From a virus (lineage: Duplodnaviria > Caudoviricetes), in IMG/VR virus record IMGVR_UViG_3300033463_000085, positions 12,903 to 76,902 of that record: a stretch of 64,000 nucleotides of DNA, one strand, 5' to 3'. Below, one piece after another: positions 9,317 to 17,246 of the stretch (the first letter of the stretch is position 1; every line of letters starts with the position of its first letter). Below the pieces are notes generated by a model. That model was given only the letters and a program-made list of their open reading frames with translations. It was not told the DNA's origin and searched no databases. The position numbers and the translations under genes are program-made.

Positions 9317-10720
9317 CTACGCCTTGAGCGAGCGTATGTAGTCCACGAGCCGGGTGCGCTCCGCTGCCGAAAGTCCGTCCACAATGCGCCGCGCCTCCTT
9401 GAATCCGGCGGAACAAGGCGGCTCTTTGGCCGACAGGCCGGAGCCAGAGGGCGGACGCGCTTCAAGTATCGCGCTGTCCGGCGGTTGTTCTGCGGCAATG
9501 TCTATCACATCGGGGAGCGCGTCGGCCAGCTGCTGCCTGTGCGCCTCCGCGTCGCCGTGGAAATAGTGCGATGTCATCATCGGGCTGGCATGGCCGACTA
9601 TGCTCTGCACATAGGCGAGGGGCATTCCTCCGTTGCCGCACAGGCTAACGAATGTGTGCCGGAGCGAATGGAAGCCTACGACGGTCACCTTGCGCGAATA
9701 GCCGTCCACGGTCGCTGTCGTGGCAATCCCGGCCTTTTCGAACAAGTCTTGTATATTGGAAACGAGCGAGGAGTTGTCGCGTTCGTATTGCTCCGCCGTG
9801 ACCGGAAGCACATACGGCGACCCCTCCGTGCGCGGCGCGTCCTTGAGGACGGCCTGGAGCGACGGATGGAGGCTCATCGTCACGAGCGTTCCGGCCTTGG
9901 CCGTCTTGCGCGGGAGGACATGGATTAGACCGCGCCCAAGGTCTATCGAATCCCATTTGAGGAGGGCGCAGTCGCCGAGCCGGAGGCCTGTGTAGATTCC
10001 GAGCGCGAACAGGATGCGCATTTCGCCCTCAAGCAACGCGCACACCTTCGCAAGCTCCTCGACGGACAGCGCACGCCGTCCCCTCTGCCGCTTGTCGCCG
10101 CGCCGTTCGAACTCGGCCCAAGCGTCGTCCTTGGCGCGTATCTCGCGGGCGAGCTTCTTCCACATCAGCCGCATGAGCGCCAGATATTTGTTGTGGGTGT
10201 TCGCCGAGAACTTCTCGCCGATGCCGTGAAGGAACTTCGCCGCCGTCTCTCTATTCAACTGCCGAAGCTCGCCGACATCCGGCGCGTTGGCCTTTAGCCA
10301 TTCGACGAGCCGACCGAACTGGCTCTCGTACATATCCATCGTCGCCGATGATGTGCGTCCCATCCGCTCGCGGAACAGGGCGAACGCGTCCTTGAACGAG
10401 AGGGCTGGCTTCTCGTCCTCGTATCGCTGGATTTCCGCCTTTACCCCGCCGAGCCGGACGATTGCGTTCTGTAGACTTGCGGCCTCGTCGCGGAGGACAT
10501 AGTGGCGCATCTCCTTGGCAAGCCTCTCCTCCGCCTGTCGCTTGTTCGAGGTCTTGAGGGATTTTGTGTGAATCTTTCCGGCGACAATCCATCGCCCAAA
10601 GTAGGTGTTGCCCCGCTTTACCAAGGAACCCTTGCCCTTTGCCCGCTGCTTCTGCGGCGATTTGTCCCCGCGTTCCTTCGAGGGTGCGGGGCGTGAAGTC
10701 GTGTTTTCGCTCTTGCGCAT
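9317..10720 (-). CDS. int: Tyrosine recombinase (phage integrase)
   Basis: Catalytic motifs YTGLRLGD (R), HSLRHT (HxxR), VGHASPMMTSHY (H/Y); next to the att site. Start set at MRKSEN. Confidence 0.95.
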   Translation of the reverse strand: MRKSENTTSRPAPSKERGDKSPQKQRAKGKGSLVKRGNTYFGRWIVAGKIHTKSLKTSNKRQAEERLAKEMRHYVLRDEAASLQNAIVRLGGVKAEIQRYEDEKPALSFKDAFALFRERMGRTSSATMDMYESQFGRLVEWLKANAPDVGELRQLNRETAAKFLHGIGEKFSANTHNKYLALMRLMWKKLAREIRAKDDAWAEFERRGDKRQRGRRALSVEELAKVCALLEGEMRILFALGIYTGLRLGDCALLKWDSIDLGRGLIHVLPRKTAKAGTLVTMSLHPSLQAVLKDAPRTEGSPYVLPVTAEQYERDNSSLVSNIQDLFEKAGIATTATVDGYSRKVTVVGFHSLRHTFVSLCGNGGMPLAYVQSIVGHASPMMTSHYFHGDAEAHRQQLADALPDVIDIAAEQPPDSAILEARPPSGSGLSAKEPPCSAGFKEARRIVDGLSAAERTRLVDYIRSLKA

Positions 10721-10731
10721 TGTGGCGCAAT

Positions 10732-10760
10732 ATGATACCATATATTCCGCATTAGGTAAA
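10732..10760 (-). promoter_or_regulatory. Integrase promoter
   Basis: TTTACC, 17 nt, TATCAT on the minus strand, 11 nt before the ATG at 10720 (short leader). Confidence 0.5.
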
Positions 10761-10772
10761 GGGCGAAAACTG

Positions 10773-10795
10773 AAACCATAACCAAACCATAACCA
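10773..10795 (+). repeat. Putative integrase arm-type site, left copy
   Basis: AAACCATAACCAAACCATAACCA (tandem AAACCATAACC), identical to 10991-11013. Confidence 0.8.
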
Positions 10796-10830
10796 GCCAT
10801 GATGGAAAACCGCGCATATTCGGGCTTCTC

Positions 10831-10880
10831 GGCAGATTCTGATTCTGCTTGTTGGGGTTCGAGTCCCTGCGAGGCAACCA
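10831..10880 (+). other. attP core: 3' half of tRNA-Gln(CTG)
   Basis: Anticodon arm GCAGA-TTCTGAT-TCTGC, T arm GGGG-TTCGAGT-CCCT, acceptor 3' strand and CCA. No D arm or 5' acceptor strand upstream. Confidence 0.9.
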
Positions 10881-10905
10881 TTGAGAATCCAAATAAAATC
10901 GCCGT

Positions 10906-10935
10906 AAAGCCCTTGAAACGGGGCTTTTTCTTTTT
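10906..10935 (+). terminator. Intrinsic terminator after the tRNA fragment
   Basis: AAAGCCC stem pairing with GGGCTTT, followed by a T-rich run. Confidence 0.7.
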
Positions 10936-10990
10936 CGCCCGATTTGTGCCTTTCGCTTTGTCACGCTTTGTCCCGTCGCCTCCTACGCAA

Positions 10991-11013
10991 AAACCATAAC
11001 CAAACCATAACCA
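10991..11013 (+). repeat. Putative integrase arm-type site, right copy
   Basis: Second exact copy of the 23-mer, on the other side of the core. Confidence 0.8.
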
Positions 11014-11022
11014 TCCGGCGGC

Positions 11023-11055
11023 ATAAAAATCCCCGTGGGCGCTGGCCTCACGGGG
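11023..11055 (-). terminator. Terminator ending the head/glycosyltransferase transcript
   Basis: CCCCGTG...CACGGGG stem followed by ATTTTT on the minus strand. Confidence 0.65.
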
Positions 11056-11120
11056 TCGGGGGTGGGCGGAGAACACGACTTCTTTACCCTGCCCCCTAAA
11101 TCGAATGTGCGGACATTATA

Positions 11121-12356
11121 TCATAACTGCCGCTTCTCCGTCGGCGCGATTCCGAGTATTTCTTCTATCACGGCGACATTTTTCTGCAATCGGGCGTCGT
11201 TCGGCGCGACCTTGAGCGCGTTTCTTGCCGCCTCAAGCGACCCGGAGCGGTCGCCCGTATTCCACTTGGCGAGCGAAAGCAAGTCCCAAGGCTTGTAGCC
11301 CCAGCACCAGTCCTTCGTAAGGTATGTGTAGCACCGCTGACGCACCGACAGGGCGCGTTGAGCGGCGTTCAGGCATACGCTCCACCAAAGGGCCGCGTCG
11401 GCCTTGTCGCCGCCGCTGGCGCGGTCGTGGGCCATCTGCGCAAGCTCCATCGCGGCCTCGCGCTGTTCGGGGGCCTCGGCCATCGCCTTGTAGTACCAAT
11501 CCACGGCCTCCGTTGGCTTGCCAGTCTCGCACAGGCACTTCGCTATGAGGCGCATGGACGCGGCCCTCTCCGGCCTCCACACGGCCCTCGGCATCGACAA
11601 GTGCCGCTTTAGGGCCGCCAACGCCTCGCCGTAGCGTCCGTTGAACACATATTCGCGCCCAAGATAGTGCGCGTTGCGGTCGTCGTCGGGGCATTCGCGG
11701 ACGGAAAGTTCAAGGAGCCGCAAATACGATTCCCTGCTCTTGCCGGGGTCTGAATGGTGTTCGAGCCTCATGCCGGGTATGGCGACCTCCACGCGCTCCG
11801 CGCCGCCGTAGTCCAGGACTTCGTGGACGGGGTGCGTCCATCGGCACAGGCCGTGGGCGTGAACCTTCTTGTAGGTGAACTTCGAGCCGTCCGTTCCGTC
11901 GGCGTTGAAGTTCCACACATACTCGTATGTCCCCGTCGTCGGCTTGCGGCCCTTTGCGACCGCATCGGCCCATGCGGCCTCCAGTTTCGCCCTCCAGCCG
12001 GGACAAAGAACCTCGTCGAGGTCTGTGCAGACGCATATGTCCGTGTCCGGCGGGATGAGGCGCATCGAATCGTTCCTCGCCCAATCGAAGCGCCACGGCT
12101 TCGGGAAGCGTGTGGGGTTCGCCATGTGGTCTAGTAGGGCGCGGCTGTATTCGTCCGGCGTTTTCCAATTGGCGTATGTCGTCGTATCGACGAACGCGCC
12201 GCATTCGCGGAGGAGGGCCACCGTTCCGTCGGTCGAGCCCGTGTCGAGGACTACTATGTCGTCCGCCTCCTTCATGGAATCCACCCAGCGGCGGACAAAC
12301 TTCTCCTCGTTGAAGGAGATTGCATAGACGGTGATTTTCATTGGTCGTGTTCCCAT
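11121..12356 (-). CDS. Glycosyltransferase family 2 with C-terminal TPR repeats
   Basis: VYAISFNEEKFV, VLDTGSTDGT, DFARNDS-like, TDLDE (DxD), VHE, then a TPR-like helical region. Confidence 0.9.
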   Translation of the reverse strand: MGTRPMKITVYAISFNEEKFVRRWVDSMKEADDIVVLDTGSTDGTVALLRECGAFVDTTTYANWKTPDEYSRALLDHMANPTRFPKPWRFDWARNDSMRLIPPDTDICVCTDLDEVLCPGWRAKLEAAWADAVAKGRKPTTGTYEYVWNFNADGTDGSKFTYKKVHAHGLCRWTHPVHEVLDYGGAERVEVAIPGMRLEHHSDPGKSRESYLRLLELSVRECPDDDRNAHYLGREYVFNGRYGEALAALKRHLSMPRAVWRPERAASMRLIAKCLCETGKPTEAVDWYYKAMAEAPEQREAAMELAQMAHDRASGGDKADAALWWSVCLNAAQRALSVRQRCYTYLTKDWCWGYKPWDLLSLAKWNTGDRSGSLEAARNALKVAPNDARLQKNVAVIEEILGIAPTEKRQL

Positions 12357-12376
12357 TCAGCAGACAGCCAAACCCG

Positions 12377-12919
12377 TCAATCTTCGACCTCAACCATGTC
12401 GGCGAGCATCTTCTGGGTGTTGGCGTATGCCTTGTCGAGAAGCCCCGGACGGAGGATGTCGGCGTTGAAGTGTCCGCCGCGACCCTTGCCGCTCACGACG
12501 GAATCGACGATGTGCTCGATTACGTCTATGAGGTTGATGTCCTCCGGCGGCGCATCCTCGATGTGGTGGCGCTCGTAGCGCGTGTGGTAGTGCGCGGCCC
12601 AATCGCTCAACCGCCAGTCTGACTCGCGGATTTCGCCCTTCTGCTTTGCGGAGAAGTGGTTGTAGTATTCGTCGAAGAATTCCATCTTCGTCCAGTCGTG
12701 CTTCGCGCCGCGCTGGCGTATGATTTCCGCCATGCGCTCCATGCCGCGCCGGACATCGCGCCTGTGGGCGACGACGGCCTCGCGCAGCTCCTCCTTGCCG
12801 ACGGCGTGGGTCGCGGTCGAGGCGGACGCGGACGGCGTGGGGTGGATGACCATGCGCTTGCGCTCGTCTGATGTCATTGCGAGCGCGTTGGCGACGATGG
12901 GATTTGTCGATGTCAGCAT
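12377..12919 (-). CDS. HD-like (DUF5662-like) protein with NPIV leader
   Basis: HDWTK, HHIE, DVIEHIVD; N-terminus MLTSTNPIVANAL matches the leaders of ORF 17247-18989. Confidence 0.6.
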   Translation of the reverse strand: MLTSTNPIVANALAMTSDERKRMVIHPTPSASASTATHAVGKEELREAVVAHRRDVRRGMERMAEIIRQRGAKHDWTKMEFFDEYYNHFSAKQKGEIRESDWRLSDWAAHYHTRYERHHIEDAPPEDINLIDVIEHIVDSVVSGKGRGGHFNADILRPGLLDKAYANTQKMLADMVEVED

Positions 12920-13055
12920 TTGTCGCTTTCCTTTCCTTGTGGCGGCGGCGCGTCGTGCGCGGCCTTAGGCAGTCCCGAGAGCGGGACGCAAACATGGTTC
13001 TTGAGCCAGGCGGCGGCCTCCGCGTGGGTGGGACATTCCCTGTCCGCGCATTTCG

Positions 13056-13829
13056 TCATGGCATCCTCTCCCAGCGCGAGCGGACGGAATACCGCTCGTC
13101 CATCCACCTGCGGAATCCGGCCACGGCGAATGCGTTGTCGTTTATCGAGAATCCGGCGAACTTGTCGGCGCGGCCTTGCTGCATGAGGTCGAGCGTGTTG
13201 CGCGGGAACTTCCTGTCCATTCGCCACACGAGCTTGCGTTTGCCGCAGTTGCGGAGGAGCCATGCGTTGGCGAACAGCGAGTGGAAGTTTGCGCCCACAT
13301 CGCCGTCCTTGAGGGTGAGGGCGTAGTCCGAAAGCTCCTGCACGATACGCCAGTCGTCGGCGTGGAAGAATGTGTTGAAGTGCTGCGAGAAGTCCATCGC
13401 GGGCATCCCGTGCTCAAGGAGCGCTTCGCGGGCTAGATACAGCGACACATCGAAATTGTTCCCCCCCTCCGCCATCTGCTCGCGGGCGAGGAGCATCGCG
13501 TTCTTCCAATACTGCGGGGCCGTGTCGAAGTCTCTCGGACGGGTGAGGAAATGGTCGTCGGCGGAGAACAGGAATTCACCCTCCACCAATCCGGCCTTGC
13601 AAGCCGCTATAACCTTCGCGCCGAGGTTGCGAGTCTTGCGTTTGCATGGGTCTGGCATCTTGAGGACTTCGCCGGAAAACCAGTCGGGCGCGTAGCCGAC
13701 GACGACGGGCTCGACATTCACCTCGCCGTCCGAGCCGCGAGCGTATCTCTCAAGGGAGCGGAGCGACCAGCGGAACTCGATGTTTCCGTTGGTGGAGCCC
13801 TCCCCCATGACATAGAGAATCTTCATCAT
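13056..13829 (-). CDS. Stealth-like sugar-phosphotransferase/glycosyltransferase
   Basis: True start MMKILYV; EFRWSLRSLERYA resembles Stealth ELRYSLRS; FLFSADDHF; FSINDN near the C-terminus. Confidence 0.6.
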   Translation of the reverse strand: MMKILYVMGEGSTNGNIEFRWSLRSLERYARGSDGEVNVEPVVVGYAPDWFSGEVLKMPDPCKRKTRNLGAKVIAACKAGLVEGEFLFSADDHFLTRPRDFDTAPQYWKNAMLLAREQMAEGGNNFDVSLYLAREALLEHGMPAMDFSQHFNTFFHADDWRIVQELSDYALTLKDGDVGANFHSLFANAWLLRNCGKRKLVWRMDRKFPRNTLDLMQQGRADKFAGFSINDNAFAVAGFRRWMDERYSVRSRWERMP

Positions 13830-14548
13830 ATCGCGGCCTCCCTGTAGCATTCGCGCAGCATCCCCATTCGGGCGTATCTGCGCTGCTGGCCCACCGCGCT
13901 CGTTATGCCGCCGAGGTCGGCCTGTTCCGCGCAGCATGGGAACGAACAATACATCTTGAGGGACGGGTCGCGGCGGTTCATGTAGTAGAAATACTGGTCG
14001 GAAAGGCACATCTTGCCCTCGCCTCTCGCCGCCGCCTCCTGGAAGTAAAGCCACGCCTCCATGCCTTTTCGGGAGAGCGCCCAGCAAGCCGTTGAGCGCA
14101 AGTCCGTAAACCTCTTCCAGTAGCCGTTCACGAGCGGGGCCTTCATGAGCGCGTCGCATTCCTCGTCCGTCGCCTTGCCGCGAACGACCCAATCGAGCAT
14201 GGCGATGTCGTAGTCGTCCGGCAGAGCCTCCACAATCCTTCCGAGCAGGGTCTTGTCCTTGAGGAAGCGGGCGTCGTCCTCCAGTATCAGGACGCTCCTC
14301 TTGCCAAGCTCGTATGCCGTGCGGACGATTCTGTTGTGGTTCAAGGTGCAGTCCATCCAGCCGCCCTTGCACATCCGCGTGTGGCGGACATTGGCTTCGA
14401 TGACGCGGACGTATGGGTTTTCGCATCCCCAGAAAGGGACGAACGAGAAGCCGACGCGCATCGTCTCGCGCTCAAGCATCTCGGCGTTCTGCGGCTTCTT
14501 CGAGAAAAGAACGGCCGCCTTCATGTCGAACCTGTCCCAGCAGTTCAT
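13826..14548 (-). CDS. Glycosyltransferase family 25-like
   Basis: DCTLNHNRIV...VLILEDDARF, STACWALSRKG, DQYF. Confidence 0.8.
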   Translation of the reverse strand: MNCWDRFDMKAAVLFSKKPQNAEMLERETMRVGFSFVPFWGCENPYVRVIEANVRHTRMCKGGWMDCTLNHNRIVRTAYELGKRSVLILEDDARFLKDKTLLGRIVEALPDDYDIAMLDWVVRGKATDEECDALMKAPLVNGYWKRFTDLRSTACWALSRKGMEAWLYFQEAAARGEGKMCLSDQYFYYMNRRDPSLKMYCSFPCCAEQADLGGITSAVGQQRRYARMGMLRECYREAAI

Positions 14549-14589
14549 TTGTCGTGTTCTCCTGTGTTTTCCATTTGTTTTCCCGCCTT

Positions 14590-14630
14590 GAAAACCGACG
14601 CCCCAACCCCGTGTGGGGAAGGGGCGCAGT
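14590..14630 (-). terminator. Hairpin/terminator after the capsid gene
   Basis: GCGCCCCTTCCCC-ACAC-GGGGTTGGGGCGT followed by CGGTTTT on the minus strand. Confidence 0.55.
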
Positions 14631-14657
14631 TTTGTCTATCCCGCTTGCGGGTCGGGA

Positions 14658-15704
14658 TTAGGCCTCGCCCGACGAGGACGAGCTGGACGAGCTGGAGCTG
14701 TCGGTCGCCGGGGTCTTGGCCGAGACGAGACGGACGATCTTGGTCGGCTGAATGAGCTTCGCGCCGAACAGGCTCTCGCAGGTCGCCACGGTGTCGCCCG
14801 TGCGCCAGTCGCCGCCGCGACGCCACTGGAGGACGAGGCCGGAGGCCGGGTCGCTCGAAGTGCCGAGGTCGCGGTAGAGCTCGGGGTCGACAATCTCGAT
14901 GGTGCGGGAGCCGACGGCGATGGCCGTCTCGGGGATGATTGCGCCGAGAAGGTTCGTGTCGTTCAGCTCGTCCATCTCGATGACGGCCTTGTAGCCGAGG
15001 AGGGCCGGAATCGTGCCGTTCTGCACGGCCTCCGGGCTGCCGTAGGAGTGCGCCTCGAGGTCGGCGAGGAGTTCCGCGTACTTCTCGGGACGGAGCGCGA
15101 GGACGCAGCGGCGGATTGCGAGGTCGTTGTTCACGGCCGCAACGCGAATCTTCGCCGCGAGCTTCTTCGTCAGCTCGCCGTTGCCAAGGACGAACTCGTT
15201 GGCGGCGGAGAACTTGAGCGTGCTCTTGGTCTCGATTTCCTCGCCGTCCTCGTTCACGAAGGTGGTCGTGTCGGTGCCGCTCGTCGGGATGTTCTCCTTG
15301 GTGATGAGGCCGCCGACGATGTTGGCGATGCGGCGACCGACAGCCTCCGAGGAGGAGTTGGCCGTCTTGAGGAGCAGGGCCTTGTTCGTGCCGGACGGAA
15401 GCATGGTGGCCTTCGCCTCGGAGAACTTGAACGAGTGCTTGATGTGCTTGTTGCAGCCCATCGAGACGAACTTCACCTCGCCGTCGTAGTGACCGTAGTT
15501 GTTCGTTTCGCGGTCGTAATCCTTCGCCTCACCGTTGATGATGTAGGGGATGAGGATGGAGCCGCCAGCGGTCATGGTGTCGGGCGAGAAGTCCGTGGTG
15601 AACTGCGAAATCTTCACGATGTCCTTGCGGAGCATCATGATTGTCTGGTTTGCGACGTAGCGCAGACCGGGCGATGCGATTGAACCGAGGTCGGGTTTAC
15701 CCAT
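14658..15704 (-). CDS. Major capsid protein with a poly-serine C-terminal tail
   Basis: 348 aa, directly after protease/scaffold; HK97-like features (GSILIP, ETAIAVGSR, ESLFGAKLIQP); strong RBS; ten Ser codons at 14670-14699. Confidence 0.85.
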   Translation of the reverse strand: MGKPDLGSIASPGLRYVANQTIMMLRKDIVKISQFTTDFSPDTMTAGGSILIPYIINGEAKDYDRETNNYGHYDGEVKFVSMGCNKHIKHSFKFSEAKATMLPSGTNKALLLKTANSSSEAVGRRIANIVGGLITKENIPTSGTDTTTFVNEDGEEIETKSTLKFSAANEFVLGNGELTKKLAAKIRVAAVNNDLAIRRCVLALRPEKYAELLADLEAHSYGSPEAVQNGTIPALLGYKAVIEMDELNDTNLLGAIIPETAIAVGSRTIEIVDPELYRDLGTSSDPASGLVLQWRRGGDWRTGDTVATCESLFGAKLIQPTKIVRLVSAKTPATDSSSSSSSSSSGEA

Positions 15705-15759
15705 TTTCGTGTACCTTTCTTAGATTGGTTGGTTTTGGTTGTCCTGGCCGATGGGCGGA

Positions 15760-17070
15760 TTACTTGTCCGCCATTTCCTCAAGGGCCTTGATTTCCTTTT
15801 CGGGGTCGCCTCCGCAAGACGCGAGCGCATCCTTCATGTTGATGACGGTGGGCTTCTTGGCGGCGGCGTTCTCGACGCGGGTGTGCGTCTTGACGGGCTC
15901 ACCCGGCTTCTTCGGGGTCTGCGCGTTGGCGACGGCCTTCTTCGCGACGAGGCGGAAGTTGGCGACGGTCTTCTGCGCGGCCTCGGGGTTGGCCTTGAAC
16001 TCCTCCTTGAGGGTTTCCTTGGCCTCTTCCGGGATGACATCCTCGTTCTGCGTGACGAAGGTGTTTGCCTCGTTGTCGAGCTTTTCGGCCTTGAGGGTTT
16101 CCAGCTCGTCGGCCTTGCCCTGGAGGTCAGCGTTTGCGGTCTGGAGGTCGCCGCAGTTCTGGACGAGCCTGTTCACGGCCTCGACAGTCTCTTCGGGAGT
16201 GCTCTTCGTGTCGATGCCAAGCGCGTTCTGCACCTGTTCGACAACGCCACACTTCGCGACGAGGGCATCGAAAGCCTGCTCAACATCTTCATCCTTCGCG
16301 TCGGCGGGGAGTCCGAGTTTTGCACGAATATCCATGTCGTGTGTTTCCTTTTTTGGTTTGTGGGTTGTGATTTCCGGCTCCTGTTTCGGAGTCGGCGTTG
16401 CTGCCGTGCCTTTGTTCTCTTCGGCGTTCGCGGTTGCGCTTGGCACCTTTGCCGTCACGCCATCCGCGTTTGCGGCGGTGGCTCCCGGCTGTGTCTTATT
16501 TCCCGCTTGGCTGTTGAGCATCGGAGCGACAGGTAAATTGGGGCGGTTCGTGAGGCCGACGGAAACCAGCTCCTCTGGGCGGTTGTCGTCGTCGAGCGTC
16601 CACGCGGCTGAAACGAATCTGTAGACCTTGCCGTTGATTGTTTCCGCGCCGAGGGAGGTCGGCTCTATTTCTGCCATGAGGCCCTTGGCCTCGTCCTTGA
16701 ATAGGCGGGCGACCCATGCCATCGCCCTCGTGTCCGTGGAAAGCTCGGAGGAGTGGTCTGCGTCCACGAGGACTTTCCTGTTGGGGTCGAATTTGGCGAT
16801 GAGCGCGTCTATGGCTTTCTCGTCCACCTTCTGGACGACCTCGCGGCGTCCGTCGCGGGCCGTCGGGTCCTCGACCTCCTCCTCAACCGTCTGGCCGTCC
16901 ACGACCTTGGATATGACGCGCTTGCCGTCCTGTGCGGTTTCGTCCTCGACCCATTGCGGATATTCGCCGACGGGGGCGAGCTGTATGACGAGGGGCTTGC
17001 CTACCTCTGCGCTCTTCTCCGCAGGTAGGTCGAATGCGACCGCGTTTGTTATGACCTTCTTCGTCGTCAT
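15760..17070 (-). CDS. Mu I-like prohead protease with C-terminal scaffold
   Basis: QLAPVGEY, VLVDADH, YRFVSAAW, LVSVGLTNRPNL; internal ATG with RBS (MDIRAKLGLPADA) starts the scaffold-like half. Confidence 0.9.
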   Translation of the reverse strand: MTTKKVITNAVAFDLPAEKSAEVGKPLVIQLAPVGEYPQWVEDETAQDGKRVISKVVDGQTVEEEVEDPTARDGRREVVQKVDEKAIDALIAKFDPNRKVLVDADHSSELSTDTRAMAWVARLFKDEAKGLMAEIEPTSLGAETINGKVYRFVSAAWTLDDDNRPEELVSVGLTNRPNLPVAPMLNSQAGNKTQPGATAANADGVTAKVPSATANAEENKGTAATPTPKQEPEITTHKPKKETHDMDIRAKLGLPADAKDEDVEQAFDALVAKCGVVEQVQNALGIDTKSTPEETVEAVNRLVQNCGDLQTANADLQGKADELETLKAEKLDNEANTFVTQNEDVIPEEAKETLKEEFKANPEAAQKTVANFRLVAKKAVANAQTPKKPGEPVKTHTRVENAAAKKPTVINMKDALASCGGDPEKEIKALEEMADK

Positions 17071-17174
17071 GGTTGGTGTGTGCCTTTGCTATATGTTGCC
17101 GAAGCCGTCAACCTATCTCGCTCTTCATTTTCGCGGGGTCACGAAAATGGGCCGGAGCGGAACTGCTAGGGGCG

Positions 17175-17220
17175 AAAAAGAAACCGCCCGCAAGGAGGTT
17201 GGCTTTTCCCTTGCGGACGG
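17175..17220 (-). terminator. Intrinsic terminator
   Basis: CCGCCCGCAAGG / CCTTGCGGACGG inverted repeat, followed on the minus strand by TTTCTTTTT. Confidence 0.65.
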
Positions 17221-17246
17221 CGGGTGCGAAGATTTCGCGTTCGTCG

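Noticed and set aside
10808-10880. Intact tRNA-Gln gene
   Set aside because: No D arm and no 5' acceptor strand (TGCCTCG expected) upstream; only the 3' half is present, which fits attP.
10773-11013. Mini CRISPR array from the two 23-bp repeats
   Set aside because: Only two copies ~195 nt apart, internally tandem rather than palindromic, no cas genes, and they flank an att core.
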